DNA of 64,000 nucleotides, from assembly GCA_963728915.1 (NCBI GenBank), contig CAVSLV010000001.1, forward strand, positions 64,001 through 128,000, given 5' to 3'. Origin of the DNA: an uncultured Gemmatimonadales bacterium (GTDB lineage: Bacteria; Gemmatimonadota; Gemmatimonadetes; Gemmatimonadales; GWC2-71-9). Positions 7,788-17,485 of this stretch are shown piece by piece. The position numbers and the translations under genes were made by a program. The number at the start of each line of letters is the position of its first letter. The stretch's first letter is position 1. The notes beneath the pieces are model-generated. The model was not told the origin of the DNA. It did no database searches and saw nothing but the letters and a program-made list of their open reading frames with translations.

Positions 7788-10196
7788 ATGAAACGCTACG
7801 TCCTCCTCGGGGCGGTCAGCCTGATTGGTCTGGGCGCCGCTGCCGTTCCGCTTCCCGCTCAGGGCTCCCGGACCGCACCACTCCTCCTCGAGCCTCTCGA
7901 CTGGGGTCCGAATGGCGCCTGGCGACGCCGTGCCGCGACCATCCGGACCGAGCGGATGCAGCTCCTCCGTCAGGGCAGCCTGGACCGCCTCAACGCGGTG
8001 ACCGGGTCCCGCGCCAGCGGACCGCTGTTCCGGGTGATGGGCGCACTCCCCCAGACCGCCGTCACCGGGGCGTTCCACGTGCCGGTCATCGTGGTCGGGT
8101 ATCGGGACAAGCCGGTTCAGTACTCGACCCAGGCGTTTCAATGCCTCCTCTTCACCCGCTTCCCGGTCGCCTGTGGGAATCCCGGGGACCGCCCCTACTC
8201 GGTGACCACTTACTACGAGGAGCTTTCCCAGCATCGGATCACGCTCGATGGGGTGGTCCTTCCCCAGGTCAGGCTCGACTCGAACGCCGCCTTCTACACC
8301 GACGGCTGCGACGGGTTTTCCATCGCGGGCCGGACCAGCTGTCCCGCCAGGCCGATCAACCGGATGGCGCTCATGCTGGTGGCGGCGCTCGATTCGGTGA
8401 GCACCCGGCCCGGGGGCGATACCCTCTGGTCCCAGTTCGACAACGACGGCCCGGACGGGGTGCCCAACAGCGGGGATGACGACGGGATCGTGGATTTCGC
8501 CGGGTTTCTCCAGCCCGAGGTGGGCGGGGAGTGCGTGCGGCTGGATCCACCCCCCACCGGGATCTGGAGCCATCGTTTCGTGGTGAATGGGTGGATGGGT
8601 GGCGTGCCGGCCAACCTGCGGCCGGCCAATATCGGATCCGACGGGATGTACATAACCCGCACTCCCCGCCGGGGTCCCAATGGACAGCCCCTGGTGGTGA
8701 ATGGGTCGGTCCAGTACCTCAAGGTCAACGACTATACCATTCAATCCCAGCTGGGCGGGGCCACCGCCTGCGAAGCCGGCACCATCATGGGCATCGGCAC
8801 CATCGCCCATGAAACCGGCCACGCCTTCGGGTTGCCCGATCTGTACGACACCAGCGGGGGGACCCAGGGGATCGGCGGGTGGGGCATCATGGGATCGGGC
8901 AATTATGCCCGGCCCTACAGTCCGTCTTCCTACGATGCCTGGTCGCTTCTGGTACTCGGCTGGGCCACCGTGGATACCCTCGGCGCGAGCCGGACCGTCA
9001 CGACCGGGCCGCGGCTCCTGAGCGACACGATCTTCTACGCCCGGACCGATAACCCGGACGACTTTCTCCTGATCGAGAACCGGCAGGCGGTGCTGAGCGA
9101 TACCGCGCAGATGAATCCGGCCCTGCCCGATGGATGCCCGCCGCCGGTCAGCTCGTCCATTGGCGGGTTAGGATTCTGCGCCAAGTCTCCCGGGCTCCTC
9201 CTCTGGCTGGTCAACCAGCCGAAGCTGAGCGCGAGCCTGTTCAGCAACTCGGTGAATGCCGGCGGGGTCCAGGGCGTCGCGCTGCTCCAGGCCGACGGGC
9301 TCAACCAGCTCCGGCTTCCCGGGGCCGTCAACCGGGGCGACCGGGGCGATCCCTTCCCCGGCAGCGCCAACCACACCCGGTTCAGCCTCCAGGCTTCCCC
9401 CAGTGCCCGGAGCAATTCGGGCGACTTCATCGGATTCATCATCGATAGCATCACCCCGCTGCCTGGCGGGATGATGCAATTCCGGTTCACCCGCCGCCAG
9501 CCTTCGGTGATCGCGGTGCAGGGAGGCGCCCAGATCCGGGTGGACGGTGATCCATGGACCCGCTACGACGACGTGATCCCCGCCGGCGACCGGATCCAGC
9601 TGGGGGCCGAGGAGCTCCAGGTGCTGGCGGGCGGTAAGACCCAGTCTCGATTCCTGGCCTGGAGTAACGGAGGACCACGGGAGCAGACCCTGATCAGCGG
9701 GGCCGGGAAGCCGGATACCCTGACGGCGACCTTCACCACCCAGCATCGGATCCTGCTCACCAGGACGGGCTCCGGGACGGTGACCGCGAACGTCGAGGGG
9801 GACCTCACCCAGGGGCTGTTCTTCGACGAGGGCGCTTCGGTTACCCTGACCGCCACTCCCGGCTCGGGATACCTGTTTGCGGGATGGCGGGGCGATACCG
9901 TCTCCACCGGCCTCGCGCTGACCCTCTCGATGCAGAAGGGCTACGATGTGGAGGCCCGCTTCGTCCCCATCGTGTCGGTCGCGGTCCAGGAGGCCCTCCA
10001 GGACATCCTGGGGACCACCACCCTCTCGGTCGACCAGCGGAACTATCTCGACGAGCTGGGAAATCGAAACGGGCTGTTCGACGTCGGCGATCTGCTCGCG
10101 CTGTATCGCCGCCAGGGGCTGGCGGCTCCGCAGGCCGCGCTCAAGGCCGCCGCTGCGCCGGTAACGCAGACCGGGAAGCCGGAGGACAGACCATGA
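7788..10196 (+). CDS. Secreted M6-family (immune inhibitor A-like) zinc metalloprotease with C-terminal beta-rich repeats and a dockerin/EF-hand-like tail
   Basis: Signal peptide, DNDGPDGVPNSGDDDGIVD, HETGHAFGLPDLYD, WGIMGSG and FLLIENR. The VTLTATPGSGYLFAGWRG segment is InlB-B-like. The tail is LDELGNRNGLFDVGDLLA. Confidence 0.88.
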   Translation: MKRYVLLGAVSLIGLGAAAVPLPAQGSRTAPLLLEPLDWGPNGAWRRRAATIRTERMQLLRQGSLDRLNAVTGSRASGPLFRVMGALPQTAVTGAFHVPVIVVGYRDKPVQYSTQAFQCLLFTRFPVACGNPGDRPYSVTTYYEELSQHRITLDGVVLPQVRLDSNAAFYTDGCDGFSIAGRTSCPARPINRMALMLVAALDSVSTRPGGDTLWSQFDNDGPDGVPNSGDDDGIVDFAGFLQPEVGGECVRLDPPPTGIWSHRFVVNGWMGGVPANLRPANIGSDGMYITRTPRRGPNGQPLVVNGSVQYLKVNDYTIQSQLGGATACEAGTIMGIGTIAHETGHAFGLPDLYDTSGGTQGIGGWGIMGSGNYARPYSPSSYDAWSLLVLGWATVDTLGASRTVTTGPRLLSDTIFYARTDNPDDFLLIENRQAVLSDTAQMNPALPDGCPPPVSSSIGGLGFCAKSPGLLLWLVNQPKLSASLFSNSVNAGGVQGVALLQADGLNQLRLPGAVNRGDRGDPFPGSANHTRFSLQASPSARSNSGDFIGFIIDSITPLPGGMMQFRFTRRQPSVIAVQGGAQIRVDGDPWTRYDDVIPAGDRIQLGAEELQVLAGGKTQSRFLAWSNGGPREQTLISGAGKPDTLTATFTTQHRILLTRTGSGTVTANVEGDLTQGLFFDEGASVTLTATPGSGYLFAGWRGDTVSTGLALTLSMQKGYDVEARFVPIVSVAVQEALQDILGTTTLSVDQRNYLDELGNRNGLFDVGDLLALYRRQGLAAPQAALKAAAAPVTQTGKPEDRP

Positions 10197-10573
10197 CCCG
10201 ACGGCTCCTGGCTGGGCTCGCCCTGCTGGCGCTCGCCTGTGGCGATTCGGGTCAGAACCCGAGCGGCGCCGGCGACCTGGTGGTGTCCTATGCCGGGAAC
10301 GGGCAGGCGGGGGCCATGGCGCTCACCATCAGCGGAGGCCCGGTCGAATCGGTGACCGCGATCGGATCCCAGATCGTGTCATCGAAGAGCACCTATCCCA
10401 CCACCACCCGCGTCGTGATCCTCGGCGAGACAACGAACGGCGACCTGCTCCGCCTCCAGGTGCCGGATGTTTCGCAGGTCGCCAAGTATTCGGTCCATGT
10501 CGACCAGGTCGCGGACAAGTCCACCTTTGCGCTGGTGGACCCCGCCGGACACACCTTTTCAGTGCATCGCTAG
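10193..10573 (+). CDS. Small beta-rich lipoprotein, translationally coupled to the M6 protease
   Basis: ATGA overlap. MTRRLLAGLALLALAC lipobox followed by about 110 aa of alternating-hydrophobic beta pattern. Confidence 0.8.
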   Translation: MTRRLLAGLALLALACGDSGQNPSGAGDLVVSYAGNGQAGAMALTISGGPVESVTAIGSQIVSSKSTYPTTTRVVILGETTNGDLLRLQVPDVSQVAKYSVHVDQVADKSTFALVDPAGHTFSVHR

Positions 10574-10740
10574 CGGATTCCCGCCCGAACCCCGTCCGGT
10601 CCGAGACTTCGCCACGGCGGGGAGGACAACGAGGCTCGGTCGGCTTTGATGCTCGAGCCACCGTCCTGGGTTGCACCGGGTCTGCCGGACGCGCCGGTTC
10701 AAGGTAGATTGTTGGCGACTCCATCTCCGAGGTCTCCCCC

Positions 10741-11199
10741 ATGGTGACCTTCACCGTCAACGGGAAGTCCGTTTCGGTGGACGTATCCCCGGATACACCC
10801 CTGCTCTGGATTCTGCGCGACAACCTGCACCTCCCCGGCACCAAATTCGGCTGTGGGATCGGGCAGTGCGGCGCCTGCACCGTCCATCTCGACGGCGAGG
10901 CCCAGAAGTCGTGCCAGATCCCCGCCAGCGCGGTGGCGGGGAAGAAGATCCTGACCATCGAGGGACTTTCTTCGAGCGGGAATCACCCGGTCCAGCGCGC
11001 CTGGATCGCCGAGCAGGTCCCCCAATGCGGGTACTGCCAGTCGGGCCAGATCATGCGGGCCGCGTCGCTGCTCCAGAAGCACCCCAAGCCGACCGATCAG
11101 GACATCGACGAAGTGATGTCCGAGAATCTCTGCCGGTGCGGGACCTACCAGCGGATTCGCCGGGCCATTCATCGGGCGGCGGGGCAGGAGGCAACATGA
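10741..11199 (+). CDS. iorA: (2Fe-2S)-binding subunit, isoquinoline 1-oxidoreductase alpha / aldehyde oxidoreductase small subunit
   Basis: [25 protein letters not shown] and NLCRCGTY. Confidence 0.92.
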   Translation: MVTFTVNGKSVSVDVSPDTPLLWILRDNLHLPGTKFGCGIGQCGACTVHLDGEAQKSCQIPASAVAGKKILTIEGLSSSGNHPVQRAWIAEQVPQCGYCQSGQIMRAASLLQKHPKPTDQDIDEVMSENLCRCGTYQRIRRAIHRAAGQEAT

Positions 11200-13367
11200 G
11201 ACGGACCGGCGGATCAGCGGACCGGCGGACCGGGGAGTATTCCCGGCGCGACTTTCTCAAGGTGGGCGCGGCGGCCGGCGCGGGGCTGACGATCGCGATT
11301 CAGCTCCCGGGTTGCGCCGCGCCCAAGGGCCCGGTCACCACCCCGTTCCACCCCAATGCGTGGGTCCGGGTTTCGACCGACGACACGGTCACCCTGATCA
11401 CCGATCGTTCCGAGATGGGACAGGGGACCTACACCTCGCTCCCGATGCTGCTCGCCGAGGAGCTCGACGTGCCGTGGGAGCGAGTCCGAATCGAGCCGGC
11501 GCCGGCCGGCGCCGAGTACAACAATCACCTCTTTCCGGTTCAGGCGACCGGGGGAAGCACCAGCGTTGCTCAGGCGTGGGCCCCCCTGCGCGAAGCCGGC
11601 GCCAAAGCGCGAGCGATGCTCATCGCCGCCGCGGCTCAGGCGTGGGCGGTCGATCCCGCCGAATGCAGCACCGAACTGGGGACGGTGGTCCACGGCGGGA
11701 GCCGCCGCCGCATGCGGTACGGCGAGCTGGCGGAGCGCGCGGCCCAGGTGCCGGTGCCGGACAAGGTCACGCTCAAGGACCCCAAGGCCTGGCGCTTGAT
11801 CGGGACCGGAGTCCCCCGGCTCGACCTTCCGGACAAGGTGACCGGGAAGGCCGGGTTCGGGATCGATGTCGAAGTGCCCGGAATGCTGGTGGCGGTGGTG
11901 GCTCGCTCACCGGTGTTCGGCGGAAACGCCAAGGGATGGGACGAGCAGGCGGCGCTGGCGGTGCCCGGGGTTCGGAAAGTCGTTCACCTGTCCACCGGTA
12001 TCGCCGTGCTGGCCGATGGCTACTGGCCAGCCCACCAGGGACGCGAAGCCCTGAAAGTCGTCTGGGATAGCGGTCCGGGCGCCGGGGTTTCTTCGGCGAG
12101 CATGAGCACCGAAGCCACCAGCCTGGCCAAGCGCGGCGGCATGGTCGCGCGGAAAGAAGGGTCCGGCGGGGTGGTTCGGAGCGACAAGCAGGTCACCGCC
12201 TTGTATGAGGCTCCCTACCTGGCCCATGCCTGCATGGAGCCCATGAATGCGACCGCCCACGTCGAGGCCGATCGCTGCACGGTGTGGGCGCCGACCCAGT
12301 ACCAGAGCGGTGCCGCGTTCGGTGGCGGAGTCGTCGAAACCGCCGCGAAGCTCGCCGGGCTCGATCCCTCCAAGGTGACGGTGCACACCACCTATCTGGG
12401 CGGCGGGTTCGGACGACGCTTCATGCAGGATTTCGTGGCGGAAGCAGTGGAGGCGTCCAAGCTCGCCGGCGTCCCGGTCAAGGTGCTCTGGTCGCGCGAA
12501 GACGACATTCAGCATGATTTCTATCGGCCCTCGACCCGGGTCGAATTTGCCGGTTCGCTGGCCGGCGACGGCCGCGTGAGCGGGCTTTCGGCCCGAGTGG
12601 TCTGCCCCTCCATCAGCGCCGCGCTTTTCGGTGCTCCCCGCACTGCGGTGGATAGCGATGCCGTCGAGGGAATCAAGACGATGCCCTACGCCGTTCCCAA
12701 CGTGCTGGTGGACGTCATCCATCCTGGCTGGGCTATTCCAGTCGGGTTCTGGCGCTCGGTCGGCTCGTCTCAGAACGGGTTCGTCATCGAGTCCTTCATC
12801 GACGAGCTGGCCTGGGCCGGGGGCAAGGATCCGGTCGCGTTTCGCGAGAACATGCTCGCCGCCAAGCCGCGACATCTTGGGGTCCTGAAGCTCGCCGCCG
12901 AGAAGGCGGGGTGGGGAGCTCCGTTACCCGACGGGACGGCCCGGGGCGTCGCGGTGGTGGAGTCGTTCAACAGCTATGTCGCCGAAGTCGCCGAGATCAC
13001 CCTCAACCCGGATCGAACCGTCAGAGTGAATCGGGTCGTGGCGGCGGTCGATTGCGGAACCGTGGTCAATCCGGACACAGTACGGGCCCAGGTCGAGAGC
13101 GCCATCGTGTATGGTCTGACCGCGGCCCTCCACGGGGAGATCACCATCGAGAATGGCCGGGTGGCTCAAAGCAACTTCCACGACTACCCGCTGCTCCGGA
13201 TGAACGAGATGCCGGTGATCGAGGTTCACCTGGTGCCCAGCCCCGAGGCGCCCACCGGGATCGGCGAGCCGGGAACCCCTCCCATCGCGCCGGCGGTGTG
13301 CAATGCGGTCTATGCCCTGACCAAACAGCGGATCCGCCGGCTTCCCATCCGCGCGGTTCCCGCGTGA
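11196..13367 (+). CDS. iorB: Xanthine-dehydrogenase-family molybdopterin-binding subunit (IorB-like) with a Tat signal
   Basis: ATGA overlap with iorA, Tat motif SRRDFLK, and motifs [33 protein letters not shown] and GIGEPG. Confidence 0.92.
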   Translation: MRRTGGSADRRTGEYSRRDFLKVGAAAGAGLTIAIQLPGCAAPKGPVTTPFHPNAWVRVSTDDTVTLITDRSEMGQGTYTSLPMLLAEELDVPWERVRIEPAPAGAEYNNHLFPVQATGGSTSVAQAWAPLREAGAKARAMLIAAAAQAWAVDPAECSTELGTVVHGGSRRRMRYGELAERAAQVPVPDKVTLKDPKAWRLIGTGVPRLDLPDKVTGKAGFGIDVEVPGMLVAVVARSPVFGGNAKGWDEQAALAVPGVRKVVHLSTGIAVLADGYWPAHQGREALKVVWDSGPGAGVSSASMSTEATSLAKRGGMVARKEGSGGVVRSDKQVTALYEAPYLAHACMEPMNATAHVEADRCTVWAPTQYQSGAAFGGGVVETAAKLAGLDPSKVTVHTTYLGGGFGRRFMQDFVAEAVEASKLAGVPVKVLWSREDDIQHDFYRPSTRVEFAGSLAGDGRVSGLSARVVCPSISAALFGAPRTAVDSDAVEGIKTMPYAVPNVLVDVIHPGWAIPVGFWRSVGSSQNGFVIESFIDELAWAGGKDPVAFRENMLAAKPRHLGVLKLAAEKAGWGAPLPDGTARGVAVVESFNSYVAEVAEITLNPDRTVRVNRVVAAVDCGTVVNPDTVRAQVESAIVYGLTAALHGEITIENGRVAQSNFHDYPLLRMNEMPVIEVHLVPSPEAPTGIGEPGTPPIAPAVCNAVYALTKQRIRRLPIRAVPA
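11200..11233 (+). repeat. Octamer repeat copies inside the IorB N-terminus
   Basis: acggacc ggcggatc agcggacc ggcggacc, translated as [12 protein letters not shown]. Confidence 0.7.
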
Positions 13368-13399
13368 CCCCTCACCCCCGCTCTCAGATCGGAGGCACC

Positions 13400-13915
13400 A
13401 TGCGATTCTCGGTGTTGATCCCCACCCTGGCTCTCGCCGCCGCGGCCTGTCAGCCCAAGGCCGAAACTCCCGATCAAGCCATGGCGCGCATGCAGACCGA
13501 AACGGCCGCGGCTCGCGCCGCCATCGACTCGGTCAACCGGGAGTTCACGACCCACCTCAACATGGGCCACGCGGACATGGTGGCCGCGATGTACACCGAA
13601 GATGGCGTGGCCATGCCGCCCAACATGCCGGCCGCGAGTGGGAGGGAAGCCATCAAGAATGCGCTCGGGGAGTTTGCCGCGATGAAGGCCCAGCTCACCT
13701 TGACCTCGACGTCGGTCTCGGCCAGCGGGCCGATGGCGGTGGAGCGGGGGACCTACTCGGTGACCCTGACGCCACCGGGCGCCAAGGCCCCGGTCACCGA
13801 CACCGGGAAATACCTGGTGCACTGGCGCCAGGTGGACGGGAAGTGGATGCTGGCGGAAGACATCTGGAACAGCGACCTGCCGCCGATGCCGGCGCCCCCC
13901 GCGCCGAAGAAGTAG
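13400..13915 (+). CDS. NTF2/SnoaL-like (DUF4440/YybH-type) lipoprotein
   Basis: GGAGG RBS, lipobox AAAC, and motifs YTEDGVAMPPN, GREAI and GKYLVHWRQVDGKWMLAEDIWNSD. Confidence 0.85.
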   Translation: MRFSVLIPTLALAAAACQPKAETPDQAMARMQTETAAARAAIDSVNREFTTHLNMGHADMVAAMYTEDGVAMPPNMPAASGREAIKNALGEFAAMKAQLTLTSTSVSASGPMAVERGTYSVTLTPPGAKAPVTDTGKYLVHWRQVDGKWMLAEDIWNSDLPPMPAPPAPKK

Positions 13916-15787
13916 CTAGTCCCGCCGTCCCGGTACGATGGGCGGCGCCCCGCCACTCCGTACCGGGACGGCGGAGGCCTCCGGCTCGGGGGTAAAATCT
14001 TCGCCCGGGTTGATGAAGCGGTCCCGCTCGAGCTTGAACTGCTTGTCGTACAGCTGACGATACCGGCCACCCACCGCGAGCAGCTCGCGGTGGGTGCCGC
14101 GTTCCACGATCTCTCCGCCCTCCAGCACCAGGATCTGATCGGCACTCATGATGGTCGAGAGCCGGTGGGCGATCACGAACGTGGTGCGCCCTTTTCGGAG
14201 GGCCCGCAACCCGTCCTGAATCAGGCCTTCGCTTTCACTGTCGAGGCTCGAGGTCGCCTCGTCGAGCAGGAGAATGGCGGGGTCGGCCAGGATGGCCCGG
14301 GCGATCGCGACCCGCTGCCGCTGGCCGCCGGAGAGCTTGACCCCCCGCTCCCCCACGACGGTATCGTATTTCTCGGGGAAGCCCTGGATGAATTCATCGC
14401 AGTGTGCGATCCGGCTCACCGTTTCCACTTCGGCGCGGGTCGCGTCCGGACGGCTGAACCGGATGTTGTCGGCGACGGTGCCGTCGAACAGGAAGTTGTC
14501 CTGCAGCACGATGCCGAGCCGGCTCCGGTAGTCTCGAAGCCTAAGGGTGTTGAGATCGCGCCCATCGACCAGCACGGTCCCGTCCTGGGGCCGGTTGAAC
14601 GCCATGACCAGGCTGATCAGCGTGCTCTTTCCTGAACCGCTGCTCCCCACCAGGGCGGTCGTGGTCCCCTCCGGAGCGCGGAAGGAGACGTGGCGGATGA
14701 CCGGCACATCGGTCACGTACTCGAACGAGACATTCCGGAACTCCACGTCACCCCGCACAGCTTCGACCGGCTTCCGGCCGGCATCTTCGTCGTCCTCGGT
14801 CGGCATCGAGCGGATCTCGCGAATCCGGTCGAGGCCGGCGAACGCCTCGGTGATCTGGGTGCCGATCGAGGCGATCTGGATCAGCGGCGCCGCCATCAAT
14901 CCGGTGAAGAACACATAGCGGACCAGGTCGCCCAGGGTCATCCGGCCCGCGATGATGTCGTGGCCTCCGATCCAGAGCATGATGGCCCCGATGCCGCCGA
15001 CCACGATGCTGGAGAGCGCCGTGACCCCTCCCACGCCGGTCATGGTGATCGCGACGTTGCGGAACATCTTGTTGACGCCCTTGGTGAAGATGTAGTCCTC
15101 GCGCCGCTCCGCCACGTACGACTTGACGATCCGGATCCCGCCCAGCGATTCGGTCAACCGGCCGCTCACCGCGGCAGTGAGCTTCTGCCGCTCCCGGAAG
15201 ATCGGGCGGAGCTTGCTGAAGGCGTAGGTCATCCCCCCGCCGAACACGAAGAGCACCAGCAGGGTTCCCAGGGTCAGCCGCCAGTTGGTGTAGAACAGCA
15301 CCCCCATGGCGATAGCCGCGGTGAGCAGCCCGCCCACCAGCTGGACCAGGCCGGTGCCCACCAGGTTCCGGATCCCGTCGGCGTCGTTCATAACCCGCGA
15401 GAGCAGGATCCCGGTCTGGGTCTGGTCGAAGAACCGGATCGGGAGCCGGAGCACGTGCTCCTCGACCGACCGCCGCATGTCGGTGATCGCCCGCTGCGCC
15501 GCGATGCCCAGCACCCGGACCAGCGCGAAGGAGGTGATGGCCTGGACCACCGCGGCGCCCAGGATCGCCAGCGCGATCGGGCGGAGCAGCTCGGTGCGGT
15601 GCTCGAGGAAGACGTGATCGACCACGTACTTCGAGCTGGCCGGCATGACCAGCCCGGCCAGCCGGCTGATCAGCATGATCCCGAATCCGAGGAAGAGCCG
15701 GCCCCGGTAGCGCCAGACCAGCTCGCGGGCTTCCCGCCACGCGACCGAGAAGGTGATTTTCTTCTTCTTGGGGGGCTCCGCCATCAT
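13916..15787 (-). CDS. ABC exporter, fused permease plus ATPase (MsbA/Sav1866-like)
   Basis: N-terminal TM domain, Walker A GSSGSGKS, signature LSGGQRQR, LLDEATSSLD and IAHRLST. Confidence 0.95.
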   Translation of the reverse strand: MMAEPPKKKKITFSVAWREARELVWRYRGRLFLGFGIMLISRLAGLVMPASSKYVVDHVFLEHRTELLRPIALAILGAAVVQAITSFALVRVLGIAAQRAITDMRRSVEEHVLRLPIRFFDQTQTGILLSRVMNDADGIRNLVGTGLVQLVGGLLTAAIAMGVLFYTNWRLTLGTLLVLFVFGGGMTYAFSKLRPIFRERQKLTAAVSGRLTESLGGIRIVKSYVAERREDYIFTKGVNKMFRNVAITMTGVGGVTALSSIVVGGIGAIMLWIGGHDIIAGRMTLGDLVRYVFFTGLMAAPLIQIASIGTQITEAFAGLDRIREIRSMPTEDDEDAGRKPVEAVRGDVEFRNVSFEYVTDVPVIRHVSFRAPEGTTTALVGSSGSGKSTLISLVMAFNRPQDGTVLVDGRDLNTLRLRDYRSRLGIVLQDNFLFDGTVADNIRFSRPDATRAEVETVSRIAHCDEFIQGFPEKYDTVVGERGVKLSGGQRQRVAIARAILADPAILLLDEATSSLDSESEGLIQDGLRALRKGRTTFVIAHRLSTIMSADQILVLEGGEIVERGTHRELLAVGGRYRQLYDKQFKLERDRFINPGEDFTPEPEASAVPVRSGGAPPIVPGRRD

Positions 15788-16263
15788 CGTCCTCGCTGGG
15801 ATGCCAGCCGGGTGTCCACCCGCTGACGGAAAATCCCGAACAGGGTCCGACCTTCCTCACAGTTGGTTGCGATCCATTCGGCGTGCCGGAAGGCCCGGGG
15901 CGATACGGCCCCCCGGAATTCCGTGAGCCAGGGATGGAAGGATGCGAAGATCAGCAGGCCTTCGCCGTTGGATTCGACCAGGTAATCCGGATTCACGATG
16001 CCATGCCGGGCCATCCCGTAGGCCATCTCCCAGTAGGTGGTGACCTGGCGATAGGCGGCGTTGCCGGGGTGGTCGTTCTTGGTAATGGCCAGCGCGGCCT
16101 CGAAGGTCGCGGGCTGGAACTCCGTGATCATGTAGCGCCGCGACTCCCGCAGCAGGGGCTCGCGCCGCAGCTCATACAGGCGAAGGATCAGCTCGGCGTC
16201 GTGATGGTCGGGCGCGCTCTTGATCGAGGTTTCCCGAATGCGGGGAATGGGCAGGCCGGTCAT
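15784..16263 (-). CDS. Conserved helical hypothetical protein (DUF4760-like)
   Basis: DAELILRLYELRREPLLRESR...YRQVTTYWEM. It overlaps both neighbours by 4 nt. Confidence 0.7.
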   Translation of the reverse strand: MTGLPIPRIRETSIKSAPDHHDAELILRLYELRREPLLRESRRYMITEFQPATFEAALAITKNDHPGNAAYRQVTTYWEMAYGMARHGIVNPDYLVESNGEGLLIFASFHPWLTEFRGAVSPRAFRHAEWIATNCEEGRTLFGIFRQRVDTRLASQRGR

Positions 16264-16865
16264 CGGGGCTCCGGGCTGGCAGCCCGGCTCCTGGCAGAGG
16301 TGAGCCGGAGCGCCCCGGCGAACAGATCGACGTACTGCGCGATCGATTCGGCGGGGGCTCGGCGGTACAGGAACGGCAAGGCGTCACGGCTCATCGCATC
16401 GGTGAACAGGGCTCCGAGGTAGAGCGCCGCCGCGCTCGCGATATCGGTTCCCGGGGCGACTCTCCCTCGGGCCTTGAGCCGCCGCAGGTAGCCGGTCAGC
16501 TCCCGGGCCGCTCGCACCGTTGCGGCGTTCTCCCTGGGGGAGAGCTCCGGGAAGCTCTCCAGCTCGCAGAGCGAGGTGCGAATCACTCCCCGATGGCGCC
16601 AGAGTCCTTCCCAGACCAGCCGGGACCAGCGGAGCAGCTCGGCCCGAACATCCTCCGGTCGTGCCGGGAGACGGGGTGATTCGTCGGGAAGGCAAGCGCA
16701 CCGGATGGCTTCCTGGAGCAGCGCGTTCTTGGAGCCGAACTGACGGAACACGGTAACTTCGTTGACCCCCGCGCGGTGGGCGATCCGCCGGGTGGTCGTG
16801 CCCCGGAACCCGGTTTCAGCGTACAGCTCGGTGGCGGCGCGGAGGATTTTGTCGCGGGAAACCAT
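16260..16865 (-). CDS. TetR/AcrR-family transcriptional regulator
   Basis: MVSRDKILRAATELYAETGFRGTTTRRIAHRAGVNEVTVFRQFGSK HTH. Confidence 0.92.
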   Translation of the reverse strand: MVSRDKILRAATELYAETGFRGTTTRRIAHRAGVNEVTVFRQFGSKNALLQEAIRCACLPDESPRLPARPEDVRAELLRWSRLVWEGLWRHRGVIRTSLCELESFPELSPRENAATVRAARELTGYLRRLKARGRVAPGTDIASAAALYLGALFTDAMSRDALPFLYRRAPAESIAQYVDLFAGALRLTSARSRAASPEPR

Positions 16866-16894
16866 GAAGCTGTCAACATAAGGACGGGTCCGAG

Positions 16895-16920
16895 CCCATG
16901 CAAGCATCCGCTTGCATGGG
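16895..16920. promoter_or_regulatory. Perfect inverted repeat, likely TetR operator in the divergent promoter region
   Basis: CCCATGCAAGC-ATCC-GCTTGCATGGG (11-bp arms), between tetR (start 16865) and the ATG at 16934. Confidence 0.75.
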
Positions 16921-16933
16921 TTAGGTTTGGCCG

Positions 16934-17485
16934 ATGCGCCCCGTTCTGCTGGCCGCGCCGGGACTCCTGTGGCTTGCCGCCACGGGATGCAGGAAGGACC
17001 CGCCCCCGCCGCGCGCGGACCGCGCCGCGGTCCCTCCGCCGGTGCTGGGGGCGGTCCCCGTCATCGTGCAGCCCACGGTGGTGGGCTTCTGGCTCCGGGG
17101 GAGCGACACCCTGCCCGGGGAAGAGGCCCGCGCGGCCCGGGCCGAGTACCTCCGCCTGGTCGAGGAAGTCTCCCGGTATCTCGGGGGCACCGACGTGCAG
17201 TTTGCCCGGGTGGAGACCGATACGATCGTGGTGCAGCTGGCCGGCGGCGTGCAACGCATCATCATGCTCACCGGTCTCGACTACCCCTACGGCTTCGTGC
17301 TGGTCGACCCGGGTTATGCCGAGGAGTTCCATACCGGTCTCGACCTGCTGGAAGATCTGGAGGATGCCATCGTGGACTACTTCGGGCTGGAGGACGACCA
17401 GAAGGCGGCCAAGCCGCGGCACCGGATTGCGGATTTCCCGATCGGCTCGCAGCTTCTCCCCGTCTCGATGATCAACCGCCCCTAG
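16934..17485 (+). CDS. Hypothetical lipoprotein
   Basis: Hydrophobic signal ending ATGC, a Pro-rich linker and an acidic globular part. Confidence 0.7.
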   Translation: MRPVLLAAPGLLWLAATGCRKDPPPPRADRAAVPPPVLGAVPVIVQPTVVGFWLRGSDTLPGEEARAARAEYLRLVEEVSRYLGGTDVQFARVETDTIVVQLAGGVQRIIMLTGLDYPYGFVLVDPGYAEEFHTGLDLLEDLEDAIVDYFGLEDDQKAAKPRHRIADFPIGSQLLPVSMINRP

